From: Saprolegnia diclina VS20
Taxonomy: Eukaryota
Assembly: GCF_000281045.1 (NCBI RefSeq)
Contig: NW_008246110.1
Location: forward strand, 439,602-464,224
Direction of reading: 5' to 3'
Length of the DNA: 24,623 nucleotides
This document shows positions 8,649 to 18,533 of the stretch, piece by piece. Position 1 is the stretch's first letter; the number at the start of each line of letters is the position of its first letter. The position numbers and the translations under genes were made by a program. A model generated the notes under the pieces. It did no database searches, was not told the DNA's origin, and saw nothing but the letters and a program-made list of their open reading frames with translations.

Positions 8649-10654
8649 CTACGAGACGCAGTACCCGCGGCTGTAGTCGTACTGCGCCGACGTATGGGGC
8701 ACCTCGGAGCGTGCCACAGTCTTGAACTCGTTGCCTTGAATGGTACCGAGCGGGTTGGGTCGAAAGCAGCCCAGCAGCACTGACACGAGACTGTATGTAC
8801 TAATAACGTACGCCACGGGCGTCTCGTTCTTCTGATTTGGCACCGCCGTCGACGTATCCGCCGTCGCCGTCGCATAGACTTTAGTCGACGGACGCTGAAC
8901 GACCGACGCATAGCCGAGGACGGCTTGTGTGCTCGGCTTGCAGAACGTTTTGTTGCCAATCGAGATGGCGGCTTCGGCGCCGAGCGGGAGGCCCGAGACG
9001 AAGTTGGGCAGGCGCGTGTGCTTGAGAAAGCCGTTCGTTTTAGTCCAGCCCGTGGGCACGACCCACTACACAAAAGACTGCCTAAGCAACCGACCAAGAG
9101 ACATGATGAACGAACCTCGCGATAGAAAGCAAAGCGCTGAAGCATTGCCCAGACGATCGCGGCGCCAAAGGTGCCAAGCGTCGTGTAGAGCATGACGGGC
9201 CAGAGGGTCGCGCTGGAGGGCGGGATCGGGTCGCTTCCGCACGCGCCACCAATGTGATCAATGCCGTAGACAACCAATGGCAGCGTATACGCTTGACAGT
9301 TGTAGCTCCAGCCAAGTGCCATGAACTTTTGGTTGACAGAATATGCGATGAGAATGGTGTTGAGGTACAGGAACACGGTGGCTGAGAATGGGACGACCGC
9401 CGTCAGTCTCGACGGCAGTTGCTGGAGCAGCGAGAGCACGAGGAGAAAGCCGTAGGAGCAAAACGTGCCCAGCATCGTGCTTGCCATGAGCCAAAGCTGC
9501 GGCGCCGTCGGTGTGCCGTGGAACGCTCGGGCGACCTCGAGGTACACAAGGGATGGCACGCCGTTCATTGTCAGCACAACCAGCAAGAGCCGGCGGCGCT
9601 CGAGGCCAGCGACAAGGTCGTACGTCAAGACCGGTTTTCGCCGCAAGACGCCTTCCAGGCCCTTGAGCGTCATGATGAGGTCGCCGTTGAGCAGCAGGAG
9701 CGACGCCAGTCCAATTATCGACTGTAAAATCGCAATCGACTGGTAGCTGCCGACGACGAGGTTGGTTTGGGACGCTGGCATCACGGCGCGCTGGCTGTGT
9801 CGACCGACGCTCCACCCGGGAAGCCCGAAGGACGCGATCTTGTCGGTGACGTCGGCAAAGAACCAAAGCGAGTAGGACGAGACGGCTGCGCCCGCCGACA
9901 AGGGCAGCGCCGAAATCTCCATGTTGAGTCGCGTCTCATCGTGTGACGCGGCGCCGTCAACGCCAATGAGAAACTGCGACGAGTTGGCAAAGACCGTGTT
10001 GACCGAGCCGTCCGTGTTGGTCATGGGTGCAACGTTGCGCATGGCGTGGTCGCCGAGCACGATGAGTTCGTACGCGCCTTTGGGATACAGCGGAAGGCGG
10101 TTTGTCGTGCCGAGCGCCGCGATACCGTCGATAAGCTGCGGGCCTCTCTCCGGAATGCACTCGGGATGGGCCGTCGACGAGACGAAGAAGCTCACAAACA
10201 TCCAAGAGGTCATGTGTGGCGGCCCCGTTGCACACGTCGTAAGGTACCACGTGTCGTTCGTCGGCACATCAAAGGTCGACGCGAGCAGTTGGCCGATCGT
10301 AGCCCACGCCGGGCCTGTCGTCATGCTCGCCTCGGCGACCGAGCACGAGCCTGGCACAAACCCTGACGCGGCGAGGCGGCATGTTGAGCCGTACGCAGCC
10401 CAGTAGCCGTCGTTGCGCTGCGGCGCCGTGACCACATCGTGGCGCTCAAAGAGGCCTGCGTTGAGCATCGCGAAGAGCGTCACGATCGAGAGAAAGATGA
10501 GACCGGATGCGAGCAAGTTGGAGGCGATGCGGAAGAGCACTTGGAGCAAACTGACTTGCTGCGCCTTCGAGTCGAGGGTTTTCGCAGCACCGAGCGTCGT
10601 CACTTCAGATGCGCGTGATCGCCGTGTCGGCGCGAGCTTACGGATCCAATGCAT
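8649..10654 (-). CDS. Uncharacterised six-TM/ectodomain membrane protein, paralogue D (651 aa)
   Basis: Exon 1 is 10654..9116 (MHWIRKLAPTRR...KTLDSKAQ...QRFAFYRE), the 50-nt intron GTTCG...TGTAG is 9115..9066, and exon 2 is 9065..8649 (WVVPTGWTKTNGFL...YSRGYCVS*). Shares PGWSVGR, KGL.GVLRR.PVLTYDL..GLERR and KPS.QA..GYA motifs with paralogue C. Confidence 0.9.
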
Positions 10655-11018
10655 TTTGGCAAAGTGACATCCAGGCTGACTGACGCGTGTGGCGGCCAAC
10701 GGACGCCATGATGTTCGAAGCTAACGGATCCGACACCGACCGCCCAATCCCCAACGGGATGGCGATGAACCCGTCATCGTTCGATACTTTGGCCCGCCCT
10801 CCTGACTGCGCCAACGTGACAGCCAGATCCTGACTAGCGGTACACTCGGTACTTGAGGCTCGTACCGGTAGCGCGTCATCCTCTCGCCCCAGTGGCGCCG
10901 AGAGATCGTGCAGCTAGAATTCGCTATCATCGCAATCGTCGGGTATATACAGAAAGCAAGAAGGCGGAGATGGCACAGTGTCGTAATCACAAATGCGCGT
11001 GCCACGTGCCTGCGCGCG

Positions 11019-11056
11019 GATTGGCCAGAAACCCACCAATCCGCGAGCGCGCCAAT
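11019..11056. promoter_or_regulatory. Cluster of three CCAAT boxes in a divergent promoter
   Basis: GATTGG at 11019..11024, CCAAT at 11036..11040 and CCAAT at 11052..11056, between start codons 10654(-) and 11077(+). Confidence 0.5.
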
Positions 11057-11076
11057 GAGGCAGTTGACGAGCGGCC

Positions 11077-12336
11077 ATGACGACGACGACGACCATCATG
11101 ACGGTCCGCGGGCCCATCGATGTTAGCGGCGTCTTGCCCGGCGGGATCCTCGCCTGCCAGCGGGTGCTGCAGAAGCTACCAGCACACGACGCGGACGTGG
11201 CGATCGCGCCCGAAGACCTCATGCGCCTGCGCGAGCACCCGCTCGAGAAGCACAACGCGTGCCTGGTCAGCGAGGACAAGGCCTTTCGCGAGCTGGAGGC
11301 GCTGCGACGCTTTGGCTGCAACACGATCGTCGATCTGCAGCCTAAAGCGCTGCGGGATCCGCGCCGCTTGCAGTCGCTTGCGCAGCGCCTGGACATGCAC
11401 ATTATGGCGTCGACCTCGATCGATGCCACGCAGGACGCCTCCGTCGACGCCACTGCCAAGGCGCTGACACTCGACCTCCAGTTTGGCATGGACGACACGT
11501 CCATCCAAGCCAGCGTCATCTACCATGTTGTCGACGTCCGAAACGTGCATTCCGGGCACTGGGCAGCCGTCGCACAGGTGCCACGATGACAGATTCGCTC
11601 TCGCCTCACACCATTTGTTGGCTTCTAGGCGCAGTTGGCCACGTCAGCGGCCGTGTATCTGGAGCTTCACCCGTTCCCGGTGACCGGCTACGAAGCGAAC
11701 GGTAGTTCACGTCGTCTGCTCGTCCTAGACTGTACCGACTTGATGTGATTAGTGCTGGCGCTGCTCACGTCGTACACGGGCCGTCGCGACAAGCTCGTGC
11801 TCTGTCACTGTGACTTGTTGTCGCTGCCTATGCTCACGCAGCTCGCAGCGCAGCAGATCGTGTTGAGCTTTGACCTCCCGGGGCTCGAGGCTGTGACCGA
11901 GGTGCTGCCCTTTGCGACGCTGCCGCCAAACGCGTACGTGCCCCGCGACCGCGAGGTTGCGGCCTCTCTCCAAGCGCTGCTCGTCGCCGTGCCGACGGCC
12001 AAACTCCTCGTCAACAGCACATTGCACTTCAAGACGCAGTACACTCGCTACGGTGGCGGTGGGTACACCCACGTCTGGACGAGCTTCGCCGCCCGAGCGC
12101 TGGGTACCGCCGACGTCCGCGCTCGGGTTCTGCTGCACGAACCGCTGGCACTGCTCGCCGGCTACGTTCCGCCGCCGTGTGCGGACATCCCAAAAGACTA
12201 CATTCACTGCTCCATCTGCTCTACAGCGTTCGAGCCGATCGTTGGCGAGTACTTTACCAAGTTTGACTACGTCTACTGTTCCGCCAAGTGCCTCCGGAAG
12301 CACCGCATCGCCGGCTTTGCGCCGCCAAGTCGGTAG
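11077..12336 (+). CDS. Phosphotriesterase-related (PTER-like, amidohydrolase fold) protein with C-terminal treble-clef Zn finger, 385 aa
   Basis: Exons 11077..11577, 11629..11701 and 11753..12336, with two 51-nt introns. PTE-family motifs: IMTVRGPI, ELEALRRFGCNTIVD, RDPRRLQSLAQRLDMHIMAST, KLVLCHCD, LSFD, YGGGGYTHV. The C-terminus is CSIC-x19-CSAKCLRKHR. Confidence 0.88.
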
Positions 12337-13089
12337 TCGCTGCTATAATTGTACTGTGGGCAACAGAAGGACCGCGTTCGCTTGCTCGTGCGTGTGTGTT
12401 TCGTGCATGATGCAAGGTCGCACGAGCTTTGTCGTGTGATGTAGATGCACGGTGATGGCTCCATGCAGCCGCTCGCGTCGCCGACCGTTGGACTCGCAGC
12501 GTGGTCCCACGCATGGTGCCTGGACCAGGCGCAGGCGGCGGCTACTCGACCACGACCTGCGAGAACTCGTAGGCACAAACCACGAACCATGCCTGGACAA
12601 TTGCCATAGCCTCTCGATCGTGGCGGGATAGATGCGGAAGCGAGAGCGCCACCCATGCCCGCATTACCGCCCTGCTACACGCCTCCTTGGGTGGTGTCGG
12701 TTCTCGCCTGTCGCGTCGCCCGGCCTCGTCCTCGCTGACAGACGCCACTTGAGGCACCGGCGAGGTAGACTGCATGTGGCGACGACTGCAACGATGGGCT
12801 ACAGTGTACGTCTAGTGTAGGTACCGCGTGCCACCCAGTCGCCGATCGCGCTCATGGGCATGACGTGTCACGCCTCTGCCGTCCATTGCTACAAAGAAGC
12901 GTCACCGCTTCGTATCCGGCGAGCTGGCACGGTATCCGGATTGTCAAAGAAATGGGCCCGCCTGGAACCTGCATTATACCGCTCGAGGGGCCACTCATCA
13001 CCGTCGCCGCTTGGTGCATGCGACCGAGCTCGAGACGACGAAGACGATCCTCCTCCTCGTACTAGACCAAGACAAGCAGCAGCAGCAGC

Positions 13090-16000
13090 ATGGCGTTCCT
13101 CGCCGACCTCAAGCGCACCAATGGCAAGACCAACCCGCTCCTCGGCGGTGGCATGGGTATGGGCAAGAAGACCAACTTTGCGCGCGCGCTCAACCTGCCG
13201 ACGGCGCCGCTCTTTCCATCGACGTCCAAGAAGGACGATAGCGAGACGAACGATGGCACGTTTGCGACGCCGCTCGCCAAGTCAGCGATCGAGATTTTGC
13301 TCGAGCTCGAGGCCAAGCAGGAAGAAGAAGAGCGCCTCCGCGGCGGCCACGTCACCGACGACGACGACGACGCGCCGCCAATACGCAGCACGATCCGAGG
13401 ACCAATGCAGCGGCAGAACGCGTTTCTCGACACGCGGCCGGCGCCAGGCCCGCCCAAAGCGGCGTCGCTCGAGGCCATGGTGCAGCAGAAGCGGAAACCC
13501 TCCAAGAAAGGCAAGAAGGGGCTGCCGCCAGCCAAGAACCCGACGCTGGAAGAGATGATGAAGAGCCGGCAAGCGACGACCGACAACAGCGCGCCGCCCC
13601 GCAATGCGATGCTCGAGGAGATGATGAAGAAGCGCACTGCGTCCAAAGGCGGCGACTCGCCCAAGAAGCCCGCGCCCAAGAATGCGATGCTCGAAGAAAT
13701 GATGAAGAAGCGAGCAGGACCGGTCGAGCCCGAGCCGCCATCCGATGTCAAGACGATCGAGCCGCCACCTCCGGTAGTCGAAGACGAAGCGCCACCAGTA
13801 TCACGGAACGCGATGCTTGAAGAGATGATGAAGAAACGCGCCGCGCCGGTTGAAGAGCCGCCTGCGCCAGCACCGGTCGCGCCGCCGTCATCGCGGAATG
13901 CGATGCTAGAAGAGATGATGAGGAAGCGGGCCGCGCCAGTCGACGAACCACCGGCGCCGGCACCGGTCGCGCCGCCGTCGTCGCGGAATGCGATGTTGGA
14001 AGAGATGATGAAGAAGCGCGCTGCACCTGTGGAAGAGCCGCCGGCGCCGGCACCGGTCGCACCGTCTCGGAACGCCATGCTCGAGGAAATGATGAAGAAG
14101 CGGGCCGCGCCAGTCGAAGAGCCGCCAACACCGCCGTCACGCAATGCGATTCTGGAAGAGATGATGAAGAAGCGAGCGCCACCGGCCGCTGCACCCACGC
14201 CATCGTCGGACGGTGGCGGCAAGAATGCGATGCTAGAAGAGATGATGAAGAAGCGAGCGCCACCGGCCGCTGCACCCACGCCATCGTCGGACGGTGGCGG
14301 CAAGAACGCGATGCTGGAAGAGATGATGAAGAAGCGGGCTCCACCGACAGCACCAGCCTCGGGCGGCGGTGGCAAGAACGCGATGCTCGCAGAGATGATG
14401 AAGAAACGCGCGTCGCCGGATGCGCCGTCGCCCAGTGGCGACACGCCAGAAGCAACGCCGGAAGCCGATGCGGCGTCTGCTGCCGGTATCCCCTTGCGCG
14501 ACGACCCAAAGTACTCCAAGTACTTTTTGATGCTCAAGCGCGGTTTGCCGCGTCCCGCCGTGCAGCACAAGATGATCCAAGAGGGCGTCGACCCAAGCAT
14601 TTTGGACATGGGCCCAAACCTCCCGTTCAAGTTGCCGACGCTCGCTGAAGACCCGACGTACGCCATGTACTACAAGATGCTCAAGACCGGGTTGCCCAAG
14701 GAGGTCGTGCAGCACAAGTTGTCGGCCGACGGCATCTCGGCGCGGCTCCTGGACCTCGACCCGAGTCACCCGAGCGTACCCAAGAACAAGATTGACGAAG
14801 CGTTCCGCGCGCACCAGCTCAAGATCATTGAAAAATACAAGGTCATGCTCAAGCGCGGTATGCCCGAAGGCGCCGTGCAGCACAAGATGAAGATGGACGG
14901 CGTTGACCCGAACTGGCTCTACCCCGAGAAGGCCCCCGCGGTCGCGCAAGGCGCCAACTTGGCGCGGCGTCTCACCAAGCCCGACTCGATCCGGAAGAAG
15001 CTCCATTGGTTCGTCCTCTCCAAGGACAACCTCACGGGCAACAGCGCGACGCTATGGAAGCAAACGTCCCAAGGTACGTCCATCGTTTCTAGCAGCACTA
15101 CAGTGTATGTCTAGTCGAGCTCTCGTCGGCCAGCGTCGAAGCCCTCGAGAAGACGTTTGTCAAGAGCCTCAAGGAGGCCGAAGCGCCAAAGCCCAAGAAC
15201 TTTCAGCGCCAAGAGTCGTTCCGCGGCGGCGCCCCGTCCAAGATCTCGCTGCTCGACATGAAGAAGTCCCAGAACATTGCGATCACGCTCGCCCGCATCA
15301 AGATCCCGTTCGAGTACGTTGGCTCCGTAGTCAGTCGAGTGCACGTCGAGATCTTGTCCACTGTAGTCGCATCAAGGCGGAAATCCTCGACTTGAACCCG
15401 ACCATCATGTCGTCCATGCACCTCAAAGCACTCATCGACCTCTGGCCGGACGTGACCGAGATGGACACGATCCGCAAGTTCCCGGGCGACGTCAACATGC
15501 TCGGGACGGCCGAGCGCTTCTGCCACGAGATGCGCGATACGCCGCGCTTCACCGACAAGATGCACTGCCTCGTGTACAAGCAAGAGTTTCCGACGCGCAG
15601 CCACGAGCTCCAGTACATTTGCTCAATTTCCTCTTTCGTTTCTAAGCTTTGGCTAGCGAGACCATCCTCTTGGTGCAGCGCTGCGTGCACCAGATCTGCG
15701 AGAGCACTGAACTCCGGGTACGTGTGGAGGTGGCTGTGCCGACCGTGACTCATGTATGGTCGTAGGACATTTTGCTCCTCGTCCTGCGTATTGGCAACCT
15801 TCTCAACTTTGGCAAAGAAGCCGCCGAGACCCAAGTCGCGCCGGGCTTTTCGCTGAGCTCGCTCGTCAAGCTCTCGCAGACGAAAGCATTCATTGGCCAG
15901 ACGACGCTGCTCCAGTTCCTCGTCGAGACGGTCGACGTACGTTGTCTCTTCCTACGAGAAACTGGAGTTTCTTATGCGTTCTGATGTAGCGTGATGCACC

Positions 16001-16464
16001 CGAACTCGCCAAATTTGAAGATGAAATCGGCCTCCTCGAACGGGCGTCGCGGGTGCTCATTCCGCAGCTGCACCAAGAGAAGAAGGCACTCGAGACGGGC
16101 CATGCGCTCTTGGTGGCCGAGGCCGAGAAGATTGAAGACGAAGAAGGCGAAGACAACTTGACGGCCGCCGCGATCCGCAACTTTGCCGACAAGTCGGCCA
16201 TGGAGCTCAAGGATCTGACGGACCAGCTGAGTACACTCTCGGATCGGGTACCAATGGCATGGGTTGAAAGATTGAATGATTGATGGGTTTTGCTAGAAAA
16301 AGCAATTTCTCGACTATTTTGGCGAGCAAGGCGACTATGAACTCGACGAGATGTTTAGCGCGCTCTGGGCGTTCACCGAAGAGTTCCGCGTGGTCCACCG
16401 CAAGTTCCTCCTCAAGAAGGCGCGCTCGAAAACCAAGCCGCCGGCCGCCGCCGAGTGCGCCTAG
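13090..16464 (+). CDS. Formin (FH2 domain) with N-terminal Pro-rich helical repeats and three CCDC53-like repeats
   Basis: Exons 13090..15073, 15115..15313, 15367..15612, 15657..15717, 15766..15936, 15990..16247 and 16297..16464; all six GT..TAG introns restore the frame. FH2 hallmarks: RKKLHW lasso, LLDMKKSQNIAITL, LGTAERF, VLRIGNLLNFG, GFSLSSLVKLSQTK, TTLLQFLV, YFGE. Confidence 0.92.
13534..14412 (+). repeat. Coding tandem repeat [RK]NAMLEEMMKKRA with Pro/Ala/Gly spacers
   Basis: Ten near-perfect copies plus the degenerate KNPTLEEMMKSR. Spacers fall into sub-families (APVEEPPAPAPVAPPSS; PPAAAPTPSSDGGG), which indicates stepwise duplication. Confidence 0.95.
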
Positions 16465-16559
16465 TCAAAATCGGCTCCTAAGCAACTGTACTAGTATATA
16501 TTTACAACCTTGTACACGTATATATACCCCATGGTGATTCGGGTTCTATTGTGTGTGGA

Positions 16560-17271
16560 TTAGGGTTCTGTCGACGCGGGACACGTGGCGTGCCGCCGTT
16601 GCTGTGGGCGCAGTAGTCGAGTCGACGCGTACTGTTTATTGATCGCCTGCTGTAGAGCCTCCATCTCCTGCTCGATGTTGGCGTCTTGGACCGAGCGACG
16701 TCGGAGCACGTGACGTTGCCTGTATATGACGTGGCAGCCTCGTGGCACACGACGACCGTTTAAAACTAATATGTGAATTACTGTATGTAGGATCGCGGAT
16801 GTGCATTAAAATATTAAATACGACCACAATCTGAGTCGGTCGATCCAGCTCCACTACCTGGTGCACTCCAAGTGCACGCGAGGCTATTCGCGCAGCCATG
16901 TAGTGAATATGCATCGACGGGATGATGTGTTCGCGAGGCTGCGATGCGCCACGTGCGCGACTCCTCTGTACTGAGTCCACATACTAGTAGATGCCATTCT
17001 TCTCCCTTCCAGCCATATCACTGTCTACGCAAACTCGTATGGCCTTGCACCTGCGCTGCACCATGTTCCGCTGCAGCGCACTGAAACAACGTTGGCGTGA
17101 GGACGGCGACTCAATCGTGCGGCTGCGAGACGTTGTGGCGCATCTGTTGACGTGCTCGGCCACCAGCTGCTCATGCGCCGCCGCAGGAAACATCGCGTAC
17201 ACGGGTAGTGCATGCTTCGTCGCAGTAAACGGGACGTTGCAATGATTCGCGTTGGACCTGGGCATGCCCAT
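16560..17271 (-). CDS. Possible small hypothetical gene or pseudogene (coiled-coil C-terminal exon)
   Basis: MGMPRSNANHCNVPFTATKHALPVYAMFPAAAHEQLVAEHVNR...SALQRNMVQRR can join RQRHVLRRRSVQDANIEQEMEALQQAINKQYAS in phase through a 331-nt GT..CAG intron (17050..16720). That intron is atypical for this window. Confidence 0.25.
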
Positions 17272-17378
17272 GAAGACGTGCTGGCCTGTCCAGCTGCCAC
17301 GTAAGTAGCCATCCGCAAGAAGAAACCGGTTGCGCAGAAGCTTCTTAAACGAGCCAGTTTCGAACAAGCAGCAGCGTC

Positions 17379-18458
17379 ATGGCGATGCCAAGCGACCTCA
17401 TCAACCGCATCCTGAGCTTCCTCGACAGCAAGTCGGTGGCCCGCGCCTCGTGCGTCGCGCGCGCGTGGCACGACGCCAGCCAAGCGCCATGGCTTTGGGC
17501 GCGGCTCTGCGAACACCACTTTCGCAGCCCGTTTCTGCGCACGCGCGCCGACTACGTTCGGCAATGGACCATCACGCGCGATACGCTGCGCCTCCACTTG
17601 GCCATGTACAGCGTCTTCTTTGACCAGATGTACCTCCTCTTGGGCTGCGCCGGCGCGATCGGATGGCTCTTTGGCGCCCAGCCTTTGCTCCTCGCGCTAC
17701 GCCTCGATGGCGTTCTTGGTTCCAGCGACGTGGCCTCGGCGCAATCGTTTGCGCTATTGCCAGGACTCTACGTACCCATCAAAGCGAGTGTGATCAGCCT
17801 GCTCTACTCGCGCCTCCGGCCGCTCGAGCGCTACGTGCTATCGTACGCAACCGAGCTGCGGCACCTCGTACTCACACTCGACTCGTGGACGCTCTTGGTC
17901 TACTTGAGCGTTGGCTGCGGAGGCCTCCAGCTGTTGCCGTCGTTTGCGCAGTGGCTTGCGTCCGTCTCGCTGCAGGGGCTGCTGCTCTGCGCCTGCAGCA
18001 GCGCCGCGCTCGCCGTTCACATTGTGTGGCCCGAGCCATATCGCGCAACAACGCTGCGCTGCCTCGCGTGCCTCCTGCTGAGCACGCTCTTGCACACAGT
18101 ATCGCCGACGTCGCTGGCGCTCTTGCCGCTAAGTATCGTCGTCGTGCTCTACCTTCGCGCACTCTTAACATTTTGGCGCCCGTCGCTCATCGACGTCGTG
18201 CGCCACGTGGTCCGTGACGGCGGGTTTCCCCCTCTTCTCACAGCGCTATTGTGGTATCTGCGCTATATGCAGTGGCTGCCCGTACCGTACACGCTACTGC
18301 TTGTCGAGTATGGCGTCTGGGTCACCGATGGCCCGCTCTTGCCGGCGCTGGAGCGCGTCTTTAGCGCTGCCATCGCATCGCCGGCCCGCGTCCATCGGTC
18401 GTCGCCGCGCTGGTGCTGGTCGTACGACTACTACCGCGCGTACATGGCCCCGGCCTAA
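17379..18458 (+). CDS. F-box-like protein fused to a multi-pass transmembrane region (359 aa)
   Basis: The N-terminal MPSDLINRILSFLDSKSVARASCVARAWHDASQAPWLWARLC fits the F-box consensus (LP.E+...I+S+LD...+......V.R.W....LW..LC). The remainder has about 7-8 hydrophobic segments. Single exon. Confidence 0.85.
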   Translation: MAMPSDLINRILSFLDSKSVARASCVARAWHDASQAPWLWARLCEHHFRSPFLRTRADYVRQWTITRDTLRLHLAMYSVFFDQMYLLLGCAGAIGWLFGAQPLLLALRLDGVLGSSDVASAQSFALLPGLYVPIKASVISLLYSRLRPLERYVLSYATELRHLVLTLDSWTLLVYLSVGCGGLQLLPSFAQWLASVSLQGLLLCACSSAALAVHIVWPEPYRATTLRCLACLLLSTLLHTVSPTSLALLPLSIVVVLYLRALLTFWRPSLIDVVRHVVRDGGFPPLLTALLWYLRYMQWLPVPYTLLLVEYGVWVTDGPLLPALERVFSAAIASPARVHRSSPRWCWSYDYYRAYMAPA

Positions 18459-18533
18459 GTATCCTTTAGTCGATACAACACATTATTGTTGTATACTATG
18501 TGCATGTCGCATATATATGTTAGTCGTAAATGT

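Noticed and set aside
8612..9115. C-terminal extension of the 695-aa ORF (VRSSCLLVG...HGLP)
   Set aside because: Read-through of the 50-nt intron into the wrong frame; the spliced frame matches the paralogues.
12542..12775. HDREAMAIVQAW on the minus strand resembling the Ty3/gypsy RNase H E.LAIV motif
   Set aside because: Isolated 12-residue likeness; the upstream DAS motif and spacing are absent and there is no other pol sequence.
13062..14666. 534-aa antisense ORF with ARFFIISSSIAF repeats
   Set aside because: Mirror of the GC-rich formin repeat region; the sense frame has clear domain homology.
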